DNA of 46,561 bases from positions 1 through 46,561 of IMG/VR virus record IMGVR_UViG_3300027787_000004. The stretch is one strand, 5' to 3'. This DNA comes from a virus (taxonomy: Duplodnaviria > Caudoviricetes). The notes beneath the pieces are model-generated. The model did no database searches. It worked only from the letters and a program-made list of their open reading frames with translations, and was not told the DNA's origin. Shown here piece after piece: positions 36,063-44,690 of this stretch (position 1 is its first letter; each line of letters begins with the position of its first letter). Both the position numbers and the translations under genes were made by a program.

Positions 36063-36548
36063 ATGAGCCGCCAGGCGAGCGCGGTCGCCACTGTCCAGTA
36101 CGCAGCCGTCGAGGCCACCCCGCATCGCGATTACTTCCGCGGCCATGGCCCCCAGCTCGAGCCCAACTGGCCCGAGCGCTACCTGGTCGCCCTCGCCCAG
36201 ACCGGCAAGGGCTGGCTCTCGGCCAAACACGCCGGCGTCGCCTACAAGACCGTGCAACGCCTCCGCAGCGTCGATCCCCGCTTCGTGGAGGACGAACACG
36301 ACGCCCTCCGCGAGTTCACCGAGTCGCTGGAAGGCAACCTCGACCGCATCGCCGCCGGTGGCGACATGCCCGCCGTCACCGCCAATATCGTGCGGTTGAA
36401 GAAACTCGACCCCGTCGGCTACGTCGAACGCAATCTCACCGTCACCGCCAGCTTCTCCGCCGAGCTCGATCCCGCCGAGGGCAAGCAACTGCTCGCCGCC
36501 ATCCTCAGCCAGGCGCCAGCGCCGAGCGCGCTGCCGGAGACCACGTGA
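36063..36548 (+). CDS. terS: Terminase small subunit
   Basis: WPERYLVALAQTG..SAKHAGVAYKTVQRLRSVDPRF HTH-type TerS pattern; first gene of the operon leading to terL. Confidence 0.65.
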   Translation: MSRQASAVATVQYAAVEATPHRDYFRGHGPQLEPNWPERYLVALAQTGKGWLSAKHAGVAYKTVQRLRSVDPRFVEDEHDALREFTESLEGNLDRIAAGGDMPAVTANIVRLKKLDPVGYVERNLTVTASFSAELDPAEGKQLLAAILSQAPAPSALPETT

Positions 36549-36754
36549 AAGCGATGCGCCCGGAAGCCGCCCCCTGCCCGACCTGCGGCGAGTACCCCGT
36601 GTGGTGGATGGCCTGGGACGGCGACTCACGGCTCACCTGCCGCTGCACGTACCGTGACACCCTCGCCTGGCTGAACCGGATAGCCGGCAACACTGTGCTT
36701 TCGCCCTCGCCCGAGGCGCAGGAAACGCGCGCGGCTGGCGAGGAGCGGGCATGA
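36545..36754 (+). CDS. Small Zn-ribbon protein
   Basis: CPTC..CRC; GTGA overlap. Confidence 0.45.
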   Translation: MKAMRPEAAPCPTCGEYPVWWMAWDGDSRLTCRCTYRDTLAWLNRIAGNTVLSPSPEAQETRAAGEERA

Positions 36755-36813
36755 CGCGGTGTGGTCAGGCCGGCGGCTCTGGCGGTGGCTATGGTGCCGT
36801 CACGCTATACCGG

Positions 36814-36826
36814 CAAGTGCTTGATA
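36814..36826 (-). promoter_or_regulatory. IHF consensus site
   Basis: Minus strand TATCAAGCACTTG matches WATCAANNNNTTR. Confidence 0.5.
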
Positions 36827-36834
36827 ACGTGTGT

Positions 36835-36862
36835 ATGTCCGTTAAGGGCCTTTATGTCAACT
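36835..36862 (+). other. dif-like XerC/XerD recombination site
   Basis: ATGTCCGTTAA-GGGCCT-TTATGTCAACT: 11-6-11 layout, inner TAA/TTA, XerD-type arm TTATGTCAACT. Confidence 0.72.
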
Positions 36863-37069
36863 TCGCCGCGGTGAGCCAGTCAATGCTGCCGCGTACTTAC
36901 GAGCGCGCCGACGATACCCCCGAGGGGTACGCGAGCGTTATCGGACGCCAGGTGAGGGCCGGCCATGACGCGGCGTAGCCAGGCCGGGGTGGCGGACCGA
37001 TCGAGGCCGCCGGGAGTCCCGTCTCCTCGGAGTGCCCGAGCACGGGCCACCCTCCGATCTTCCCGTCCC

Positions 37070-37309
37070 ATGGAGTCGGTAGCGGATCGACGGGCGGAAT
37101 TGCGGCGGGCGGCGAAAAAGGGCGCTGGGTTCTGGTGCTGGCTCTGCGGGGGGCGACATCGGGCGGACGCGCTGTGGGAGATGCCGGACGGAGTGTGGCA
37201 GGTGGAGTGCGCGGGGGTGGCGTCGTTCGTGGAATATCAGGGGAGCGTGGGGCCGCTGGGGGTGCGATGGAGTGGGGCGCCGATTTCGCAGAATGAGCGG
37301 ATTGCGTGA
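37070..37309 (+). CDS. Hypothetical protein (CxxC)
   Basis: FWCWLCGGRH..VEC. Confidence 0.4.
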   Translation: MESVADRRAELRRAAKKGAGFWCWLCGGRHRADALWEMPDGVWQVECAGVASFVEYQGSVGPLGVRWSGAPISQNERIA

Positions 37310-37343
37310 GCCCGGAAAATCGCGGGGCGGGGGGAAAAGGGCG

Positions 37344-37538
37344 GTGAGGCCACTGACGCGGGAAATGGAGGCGCTAGAGGAGCGGATTTCGGAGATGCGG
37401 CACGCCCTGGACTTTGAGCGCGCGTATCTGCGAGACCGGGTGGAATCGATCGCCGACACGCTGGACGCGCTGCGGACGAAGATCCTGGGTGATCTGTCCA
37501 ATCTGCGGGCGGACCTGGTGAAGCGGGGGAGCTTGTGA
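37344..37538 (+). CDS. Coiled-coil protein
   Basis: MEALEERISEMRHALDFERAYLRDRVESIADTLDAL; start uncertain. Confidence 0.45.
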   Translation: MRPLTREMEALEERISEMRHALDFERAYLRDRVESIADTLDALRTKILGDLSNLRADLVKRGSL

Positions 37539-37726
37539 TCCATGTGTGGTCGTGTCGGATTGCGGGGCGGCCCTGCGAGTGCGCGGAGTCGTGGATCAAC
37601 GGCCCTGATGCGGACCCGGCGGTGATGGTGCTCAACGTGCTGCTGTACGGCCATCCCGAGGGGTGCCCGAGTTGTGGTCGCGGGGACTGCCCGTATCACG
37701 TGCCGAAGGAGGAGTTGGGCCTGTGA
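37535..37726 (+). CDS. Small Cys-rich protein
   Basis: HVWSC..CEC..CPSC..CPYH; GTGA overlap. Confidence 0.45.
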   Translation: MIHVWSCRIAGRPCECAESWINGPDADPAVMVLNVLLYGHPEGCPSCGRGDCPYHVPKEELGL

Positions 37727-37917
37727 GCGACCCGCGCGACTGGCCGGGGGCGGCGCGAGAGCGGGCGACGGTGGTGGCGGAGCTCGCCGAGCTCGAGCAG
37801 ATCCTGCGGGAGTACGCGCCGCCGTCGGCGTGGTGTCGGGCAGGGGCGGATGAGGGGGCGCCGTGTCCGTGTTATCGGTGCCGGGCGCTGCGGATCTGCC
37901 GGTACGGGGTGCGATGA
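37723..37917 (+). CDS. Small Cys-rich protein
   Basis: GTGA overlap; CPCYRC. Confidence 0.4.
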   Translation: MSDPRDWPGAARERATVVAELAELEQILREYAPPSAWCRAGADEGAPCPCYRCRALRICRYGVR

Positions 37918-38465
37918 AGTACCGCACGATCGTGGCCGATCCGCCGTGGCCCTATCCCGAGGGATTCGCCACGCAATCGCGGACGGCGGGCGTGTGGGCC
38001 GGTCCGATCCGCACCAAGGCGTTGCCATATGGGGCCTTGCCGCTCACGCAAATCAGAGCCTTGCCGGTGCATACCGTGGCCGCATCCGACGCGCGCTTGT
38101 TTCTGTGGGCGACTAATCGCTACGTGCCGGTCGCATTGGCGATTATGAAGGCGTGGCGATTCCGCTATCGGCAATGCTTGGTCTGGGAGAAGCCGGACGC
38201 GCTGAACGGCTCGATGGCCCCGAATGCCGAATTTCTGCTCGTGGGACAACGGGGGGCGCCGGGACGCCTCGGGCGCTGGCCGAGCGCCGTGATCCGGCAC
38301 GCGCAGCCGAAAACGCATAGCCAGAAACCCGAAGTGTTCACGGATCTGATCGAGACGGCCTCACCCGGCCCGTACTTGGAACTCTTCGCCCGGCGCAACC
38401 GCCTCGGCTGGGACACCTGGGGTAACGAGGCGCTGTGCCATGTGGATTTGGCGACCGGCACATGA
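37914..38465 (+). CDS. MT-A70 family N6-adenine methyltransferase
   Basis: YRTIVADPPW, LFLWAT, HSQKPE, YLELFARR..GWDTWGNE. Confidence 0.92.
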   Translation: MKYRTIVADPPWPYPEGFATQSRTAGVWAGPIRTKALPYGALPLTQIRALPVHTVAASDARLFLWATNRYVPVALAIMKAWRFRYRQCLVWEKPDALNGSMAPNAEFLLVGQRGAPGRLGRWPSAVIRHAQPKTHSQKPEVFTDLIETASPGPYLELFARRNRLGWDTWGNEALCHVDLATGT

Positions 38466-38644
38466 ACGCGCTGGCGATGGTGCAGCGGTGCGCGCGGCAG
38501 CAGACGGGGGATCCGGCGAGCGCGTGGGCGGTGCGGGAGACGCAGAGTAGCGAGGCGAGTTACCAGCCGGCGGTGAACACGTACGTGCCGGAGGATGAGG
38601 CGCCCGAGGCGGAGCGGCCGCTGCCGGCGGCGGAGTGGGCATGA
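38462..38644 (+). CDS. Hypothetical protein
   Basis: ATGA overlaps on both sides. Confidence 0.4.
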   Translation: MNALAMVQRCARQQTGDPASAWAVRETQSSEASYQPAVNTYVPEDEAPEAERPLPAAEWA

Positions 38645-38856
38645 AGTGGCCAGAGGGCGGGCGGACCTACACGGTGCCGGTGATCTTTGCCAAGGGGCAC
38701 GCCGAGCTGGAGGGGGCGCTGCGCATCGTGAACGCGGTGCTGGAGCCGGTGGGGCTGCGGGCGGTGGAGGCCTGTCCCGAGAGGGAACGGGCCCTGGGCG
38801 CGAGCATCTGCCAGATTCGCGTGGAACGGGAGGACCGGAATGCCAGCGAAGAGTAA
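38641..38856 (+). CDS. Hypothetical protein
   Basis: ATGA overlap; GGAG RBS. Confidence 0.45.
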   Translation: MKWPEGGRTYTVPVIFAKGHAELEGALRIVNAVLEPVGLRAVEACPERERALGASICQIRVEREDRNASEE

Positions 38857-39046
38857 GGCGCAGCAGCGGTTCATGGCGATCGCGGAGCACAATCCGGGCA
38901 AGTTGCGGGGCAAGAAGCCGGACATGACGCAGGCGCAGATGCACGACTTCGCGGCGACGCCGACGAAGCGGCTGCCGGCGCACGTGAAGCCGATGATGCG
39001 GGATCACTCGGGCGGCGACGTGCTGAACCGGCTGGCCAGCGAGTAG
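38840..39046 (+). CDS. DUF3008-like small basic protein
   Basis: MPAKSKAQQRFM..MHDFAATPTKRLPAHVK; GGAGG RBS. Confidence 0.7.
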   Translation: MPAKSKAQQRFMAIAEHNPGKLRGKKPDMTQAQMHDFAATPTKRLPAHVKPMMRDHSGGDVLNRLASE

Positions 39047-39047
39047 C

Positions 39048-40793
39048 GTGCCCCGCCCGACGCGCGAGGGCAAGGAAGCCGCGGCCGTCGGCGCCGCGCT
39101 CCGCCAGGCGCTGCTGAGCGACGACCCAGCGGTCCACCAGCACGGCTACGGCCCACTCTACACGCTGCTCCAGCTCCTGCACGCCAATCGCGGGGCGGGC
39201 AACGCCATCGACCCGGCCTTCCACGGCCCGCTCTGCTGGTACGCGCACACGACGCCCTACCGGGAGAATCTCTACCTGATCGCGCGCGGGCATCTGAAGA
39301 CGACGATCCTCACGGTGGCGGGCATCATCCTGCGGATTCTGCGCAACCCGCAGATCCGCATCCTGATCGTGTCGAACAAGGCGGAGAACGCCAATGCGAT
39401 GCTGGCCGACGTGAAGGTCGGGCTCACGCACAAGTGGCTCGTGGCCGCGTTCCCGGACGTGCTCTATGTGGACCCGGAGCGCGAGGCGCGGAAGTGGACG
39501 GAGTCGGTGATCATGGTCAAGCGCCCGCGCCACACGCGCGAGGGCACGGTGGAGTCGATCGGGGCGACGGGCGAGCTCACCTCGCGCCACTACGAGCACA
39601 TCGTGTACGACGACCTGGTGGGGAGTGAGAACAGCCAGACGCGCGAGGAATTGCTGAAGAGCATCGAGTTCATCAAGAAGGTGCAGCCGCTGCTTGATCC
39701 GGGCGGCACGCAGGATTTCGTCGGCACCACGTGGCACTATGCCGACGCGTACGCCTGGCTGCTCGAGCAGAAGACGCACCACGGCCGGGAGATCGGCGTG
39801 TACCGCGAGGAATGCTGGGAGGACGCCCCCGAGGGCGCCCCCGGCGCCGAGTTCGCGCCCGGCTTCGGCTGGAAGCGGGCGAAGTTCGCCACGCGCTTCA
39901 CGGTGTCCGCCGCGGTGCCCGGCAAGGAATCGCTGCTCGGCATCCGGGCCAAGATGGGCTCGGCCTGGTTCGCGGGCCAGTACCTGCTCAATCCCTCCTC
40001 GCCCGACACGGCCTACTTCGACCCGGACAAGCTGGTGCGCGAGCGCCGGGCGGACATGCCGCCGCTCGACACCATGTGGGTCTGCATCACGGTCGATCCG
40101 GCGATCAGCACGAAGGCGTGGGCGGATTACTCCGCGCTGGCCGGCGTCGCCTTCGGCCCCGACGGGCAGCCGCACATCTGGGATCTGCGCCGCGGCAAGT
40201 GGAAGGAGGACGAGCTGATCGCGCGCGTCTACGACTGCTACGACGCGCTGACGGCGAAAGGGGCGCAGGTGGTCGCGGTCGGCTTCGAGGCCATCGCGTT
40301 CGCCAAGATTTTCCGGCGCCTGTTCGAGATCGAGGGCGAAAAGCGCGGCTACTACCTTCCGATCGTGCAGCTGGAGCGCGACACGAAGATCACGAAGAAC
40401 GTGCGCATCCGGGCGCTCCAGCCGGTGTGGGAGGCGGGGGAGCTGCACATCGCCACGGAGTGCGAGGCGCTGGAGGATTTTCAGGAGGAGGCGCGGCACT
40501 TCCGCACCGACCGCGAGAACACGCACGACGACATGCTGGACGCGGTGGTGGATGCGCTCCAGCTGCGCGCGCGCCCGCTCGCGGCGGGGCCGCTGCCGTC
40601 GCTCTACGACGATCCCGAGGTGACGGAGCGCGTGGCCTTCGAGCGCGCGCTGATCGCCTCGCGCAGCGCGGCCGGTCGCCGCGCGCTCGATCAGACGGAG
40701 TTGCGCGTGGCGTGGTCCCATCGCCAGCGCGTGGCGCAGATCGAGGCCGAGGCCGAGCGCGGCGGCGCGACGGCGCTCGCCGAATGGGTTTAA
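39048..40793 (+). CDS. terL: Terminase large subunit
   Basis: Walker A variant ARGHLKTT, Walker B HIVYDDL, VGTTWH, nuclease ITVDPA/DYSA/HDDMLDA. Confidence 0.9.
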   Translation: MPRPTREGKEAAAVGAALRQALLSDDPAVHQHGYGPLYTLLQLLHANRGAGNAIDPAFHGPLCWYAHTTPYRENLYLIARGHLKTTILTVAGIILRILRNPQIRILIVSNKAENANAMLADVKVGLTHKWLVAAFPDVLYVDPEREARKWTESVIMVKRPRHTREGTVESIGATGELTSRHYEHIVYDDLVGSENSQTREELLKSIEFIKKVQPLLDPGGTQDFVGTTWHYADAYAWLLEQKTHHGREIGVYREECWEDAPEGAPGAEFAPGFGWKRAKFATRFTVSAAVPGKESLLGIRAKMGSAWFAGQYLLNPSSPDTAYFDPDKLVRERRADMPPLDTMWVCITVDPAISTKAWADYSALAGVAFGPDGQPHIWDLRRGKWKEDELIARVYDCYDALTAKGAQVVAVGFEAIAFAKIFRRLFEIEGEKRGYYLPIVQLERDTKITKNVRIRALQPVWEAGELHIATECEALEDFQEEARHFRTDRENTHDDMLDAVVDALQLRARPLAAGPLPSLYDDPEVTERVAFERALIASRSAAGRRALDQTELRVAWSHRQRVAQIEAEAERGGATALAEWV

Positions 40794-40887
40794 GCATGCT
40801 GACACGTCCCAAGATCAGGTTACGCGTCCACCTCCTCCCGGCGCGGCCCGGTGCAAAGCCGAGCAACTATCGCTGGGGCGTGTCGGC

Positions 40888-41079
40888 ATGAAGTGCTTTG
40901 TGGTCGTTCGGCAGAACTACGATGAATGGGCGCAGGTGGACCCGACGATCTTTTTGACGAGAGAAGCAGCCCTCGCCGCGCTTGGCCCCGGATGGGTCGA
41001 TCATGGCCAGCGCGGCTTGGCCAATCCGCACGCGGACCCGGAATACGCCGTCATTGTGGAGGCGGAGACCGAGCCGTGA
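40888..41079 (+). CDS. Hypothetical protein
   Basis: 63 aa; coupled to neighbours. Confidence 0.45.
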   Translation: MKCFVVVRQNYDEWAQVDPTIFLTREAALAALGPGWVDHGQRGLANPHADPEYAVIVEAETEP

Positions 41080-41321
41080 TCTGGCGCTTCTGGTCCACCG
41101 CCTACGTCCAGCACCTGGAGGCCGAGATCGAGTACCTGCGCACCGAGCGCGCGAAGGAGGCCCAAAGAGCCAACATCGCGGTGGCCGAGCTGGTGCGCCT
41201 GAAGACGGACGGGCACGCGACGATCCATCCGCGCCCGCTGATGAGCGACAAGGAGGAGGATCTGCGCAAGGAGCTGGCCGGGCTGATGGGCGACGCCGAG
41301 TTCAGCCAGGCGGGCAGCTGA
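41076..41321 (+). CDS. Coiled-coil hypothetical protein
   Basis: GTGA overlap; YVQHLEAEIEYLRTER. Confidence 0.5.
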   Translation: MIWRFWSTAYVQHLEAEIEYLRTERAKEAQRANIAVAELVRLKTDGHATIHPRPLMSDKEEDLRKELAGLMGDAEFSQAGS

Positions 41322-41704
41322 TGCTCCACGCCGGCCACTGCACGGCCTGCGGCGCCCCGATCTTTGTCTCCGCGCGCCACGGCAAGACGGGCGAGTGCTT
41401 TCTCCTCTTCCCGCTGCCCGACTCCGTCTACGCGCGCATCCAGCGGCCGTCGGGGGGCCAGACGCCCGGCATCGGCTACTGCGCCGCCCATGCCCCGGCC
41501 CCCGGCACGCCCGGCCCGGCCGAGGTCAACGGCGATCCCGTCGCGGTACTCGATTCGGCGGGGCAGCGTTATGCCGATTGGTACTCGCCCGACTACGGCG
41601 CGTGGCTCACGTCGTGGGCGACCGACGAATTGCACCTGACCGAACCCGACAAGCAGGCGCTGCTCGCGGAGTGGACGCGCTGCGCGGAGGTGGCCCGTGG
41701 CTGA
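41321..41704 (+). CDS. Hypothetical protein (Zn-binding)
   Basis: TGATG start; HCTACG..YCAAH. Confidence 0.5.
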   Translation: MLHAGHCTACGAPIFVSARHGKTGECFLLFPLPDSVYARIQRPSGGQTPGIGYCAAHAPAPGTPGPAEVNGDPVAVLDSAGQRYADWYSPDYGAWLTSWATDELHLTEPDKQALLAEWTRCAEVARG

Positions 41705-41864
41705 CGAAGAGAGCGTGCCGTCCTGTTCTAGCTGCCGGTACGAAAGCGGCGCGCGCTGTCATCGCTATGCGCCGCGGCCGCAGAGTGCCGTGGCCGACGA
41801 GACATGGACCAGGTGGCCGCTAGTCCTGAATAGTGACTGGTGCGGCGAATATGAGTCTAAGTAA
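41697..41864 (+). CDS. Small Cys-rich phage protein
   Basis: CSSCRY..CHRYAP..WPLV..DWCGEY; GGAGG RBS. Confidence 0.55.
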   Translation: MADEESVPSCSSCRYESGARCHRYAPRPQSAVADETWTRWPLVLNSDWCGEYESK

Positions 41865-42094
41865 TGGCTGATCTGGGCAGACAGCGCTACGCCGTCCCGA
41901 GCAATTGGTGCTACTTCGAGCACCAGATGGTGATCAATCCGATGACCCTAAATGATCCCGGGGTTCCGGCATATCCGATCGTGTCCCGCTGCGTTACTCG
42001 CCGTCCACAACTACGATGTGATTGCGGCATGTTCGACCTGTACTGGGAGCCCACTGCGGCTGAGGTCGATGCCATGAGGGGCCTTGATGGCTGA
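41864..42094 (+). CDS. Hypothetical protein
   Basis: TAATG coupling; 76 aa. Confidence 0.4.
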   Translation: MADLGRQRYAVPSNWCYFEHQMVINPMTLNDPGVPAYPIVSRCVTRRPQLRCDCGMFDLYWEPTAAEVDAMRGLDG

Positions 42095-44453
42095 TCTGGC
42101 CGGCATGCTCGCATCCTCGGACGCCCGCGCGGGCACGATGCTGGGCGCGGCCACTACTGGCCCCGTAGCGGATACCGCCGCGCCGCCCGCCGCTGATCCC
42201 TACACCGACACGCACGCGATTCTGGAGCGCGTGCGCAAGTTCCGCGAGGATTTCGGCAAGCGCGAGCTCCGCGACCGCTTCCTGCGCCCGATGTACCGCA
42301 ACCTGCTCTTCTACCGCGGCATCCAGTGGATCAAGTGGGATCTCGGCACCGGCCGTTGGCGCCCGGCCAACATCCCGCGCGGCGTGCCGACGCCGGTCAC
42401 CAACATCTTCGCGGACACGATGGACACGGTGAACGCCGTCTTCGGCCGCGTGGAGCCGACGCTCAACTGGCGGCCGGGCTCCCCGGACGAGCCGGACGAC
42501 CGCGCCGCCGCCGATGTGGCCGCGCGCGCCATCCAAGTCATCGAGGACGAGGTGAAGATCCGCATGGTGCGCCAGTCGCTGGCCACGTGGGTCGGCTTCA
42601 CGGGCGGCGCCTTCCTCGAGACCGGCTACGACCCCGACCCGGTGTGGGGCGTGCGCCAGGTGCCTGTGGATGTCTGCCAGGCGTGCGGAAACGTCCAGCC
42701 CCAAGGCGCGCCGATGTGCGAGGGGCCGGACTGCGGTATGACGGGGCTGTTGGCGCCCACCCAGCAGAGCGTGCCGGTCGGCAAGATGTACACCGAGGTG
42801 GCGCCGCTCTTCGAGATGTTCTTCGACCCGGCCATCACGCAGTTCGGCCAGCACCGGCGCCTGCTCCGCGAGAAGTGCCTGAGCGTGGAGGACGCCAAGA
42901 CGCGCTGGAAGGACATCAGCGAATCGATCAGCCCCAACGTGGCGGGCTCCGCGGAGGAGTCGTACATGTCGGCGCTGGCCATCCAGGGGCCGGCGCTCGA
43001 CGAGCGGGGCACGGGGCGGCGCGATCAGGCCCTCTCGGGCCTCCTCGGCAACAACCGGGTGACGGAGCGGTGGTACTGGCAGCTCCCCGACGACACCTAC
43101 CCCGGGGGGCTGCTCGCCATCGTGGTCGGCGAGTCGGCGCTGGCCTACGCCAAGCCGCTGCCGTACTGGGCGCGGAGCCAGGACGGGGGCAAGCGCTACT
43201 TTTTGCCCTTCACGTGGTTCCCGCAGAAGCTCGTGCCGGGCACCTTCTGGCCGAAAACGGTCGCCGACGACATCGCGCTCAAGCAGAGCGACCGCAACCG
43301 CTGGGAATCGGCCCTGATGCTCTGCGGGATGCGCATGGGCATGCCGATCTGGCTCGAGCCGCGCTCGGCCAACGTCGTGGGGCTGAAGGAAGGGGGCGGC
43401 GAGGCCGGCGCGGTGGTGAAATACAACGCCCTCGGCCCCGGCAACGCCAAACCGGAGCGGATTCCGGGCCAGCCGCTGCCGATGGCCTTCGTGGAGTGGA
43501 TGCATGACATCGACGCCTCGGTGGAAAAGCTCGCCAAGACGTTCGACGTGCTCAAAGGGGGCCGCCCGGCGGGCGTGTCCGCGGGAATCGCGCTGCAGAT
43601 CCTCCAGGAGCGCGGATTGTCCTCCTACGAGCCGCTGTTCATCATGTGGGGGGACGCCTGGGCCGAGTGGGGGAGCCAGGCGGTCGAGATTTTCCGCCTC
43701 TACTGCACCGAGGAGCGCCTGCTGCGCATCAAGGGGCGCGACGGGCAGTGGCAGGTAGAAAAATTCATCGGCGCCGACCTCCAGGGCAACGTGGACGTGA
43801 TCGCGGAGGCCGGATCGTCCACGCCGCGCTCCACGCTCGCGGATCGGGCCGAAATCGAGCAGCTGATGGCCTACCACGTCGTCAATCCGCTCGATCCCGA
43901 GGCGCAGGGCAAGATTCTGGACCTCTACGGCAAGTCCACGTGGCTGCCGAGCCTCACCTTGGACACCAAGAACGCCATCATGGAGGACGAGGCCTTCCGG
44001 GCCATCGCGGCGCTCCCGATCTGGGGGCAGGCGAGCCCGCAGGACGTGCAGGCCATCGAAATGGCCATCTCCTACCCCGAAGCCGTCGCCCTGATGGAGC
44101 AGTGGGGGCAGATGATGGGCGTGCAGATGCCCGCGCCGTGGCCGAAGGTCTACGCCGGGCTCGACGGGCACGCGGCGCACTCGCGCGAGCACGGCAATTT
44201 CGGGAAAAGCGAGTCGTTCCGCCAATTTCCGCCCGTGGTGCAGGCGATGGTGGAAAAGCACAAGGCCTACCACGACCAGCTGCTCATCCAGCAGCAGGCG
44301 GCGCTCCAAGCCGGCGCCCAGCCGCAGCCGCAGGGCGGCTTCATGACCTCGGGGCAGGCGCAGCCGCTCAACGGGCCGTCGAGCCCGCAGCGGATGGGCG
44401 GTGACTACCAGGAGATGCAGACGGACACGGCGTCCGCCACGGGGGGCATGTGA
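42087..44453 (+). CDS. Portal protein (P22-like) with CxxC insertion
   Basis: 788 aa between terL and scaffold; NLLFYRGIQW, G.RPAGVSAGIALQILQE, Gln-rich C-terminus. Confidence 0.82.
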   Translation: MADLAGMLASSDARAGTMLGAATTGPVADTAAPPAADPYTDTHAILERVRKFREDFGKRELRDRFLRPMYRNLLFYRGIQWIKWDLGTGRWRPANIPRGVPTPVTNIFADTMDTVNAVFGRVEPTLNWRPGSPDEPDDRAAADVAARAIQVIEDEVKIRMVRQSLATWVGFTGGAFLETGYDPDPVWGVRQVPVDVCQACGNVQPQGAPMCEGPDCGMTGLLAPTQQSVPVGKMYTEVAPLFEMFFDPAITQFGQHRRLLREKCLSVEDAKTRWKDISESISPNVAGSAEESYMSALAIQGPALDERGTGRRDQALSGLLGNNRVTERWYWQLPDDTYPGGLLAIVVGESALAYAKPLPYWARSQDGGKRYFLPFTWFPQKLVPGTFWPKTVADDIALKQSDRNRWESALMLCGMRMGMPIWLEPRSANVVGLKEGGGEAGAVVKYNALGPGNAKPERIPGQPLPMAFVEWMHDIDASVEKLAKTFDVLKGGRPAGVSAGIALQILQERGLSSYEPLFIMWGDAWAEWGSQAVEIFRLYCTEERLLRIKGRDGQWQVEKFIGADLQGNVDVIAEAGSSTPRSTLADRAEIEQLMAYHVVNPLDPEAQGKILDLYGKSTWLPSLTLDTKNAIMEDEAFRAIAALPIWGQASPQDVQAIEMAISYPEAVALMEQWGQMMGVQMPAPWPKVYAGLDGHAAHSREHGNFGKSESFRQFPPVVQAMVEKHKAYHDQLLIQQQAALQAGAQPQPQGGFMTSGQAQPLNGPSSPQRMGGDYQEMQTDTASATGGM

Positions 44454-44503
44454 CCCCACCGGCGGTTGCGGAAAAAAGTTGCCACCAGCCTAGTAGTAGT
44501 GCT

Positions 44504-44656
44504 ATGTCTGCGCCGAACGTGCTGCGCTTGCCGCCGTGGGTGCTGAGCAAGATCGCGCTGCGGGCGGGCACCTACACGGGGCAACTGACGATCAATTTCT
44601 TCCAGGGTGGCGTGACCACCGTGGAGTGGCGGCAGATCGAAAAGCAGATGAAGTAA
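44504..44656 (+). CDS. DUF2292/YezD-like leader protein
   Basis: YTGQLTINFFQGGVTTVEWRQIEK beta-hairpin motif; preceded by operator-like site 44481-44497. Confidence 0.55.
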   Translation: MSAPNVLRLPPWVLSKIALRAGTYTGQLTINFFQGGVTTVEWRQIEKQMK

Positions 44657-44690
44657 GCAGCACGTAGTCGGGACACTCGCGTCACCGCGA

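Noticed and set aside
36751-36978. 75-aa ORF overlapping the dif-like site
   Set aside because: Atypical composition and no motif; the region is better explained as a cis-acting site, although its ATGA overlap means it cannot be fully excluded
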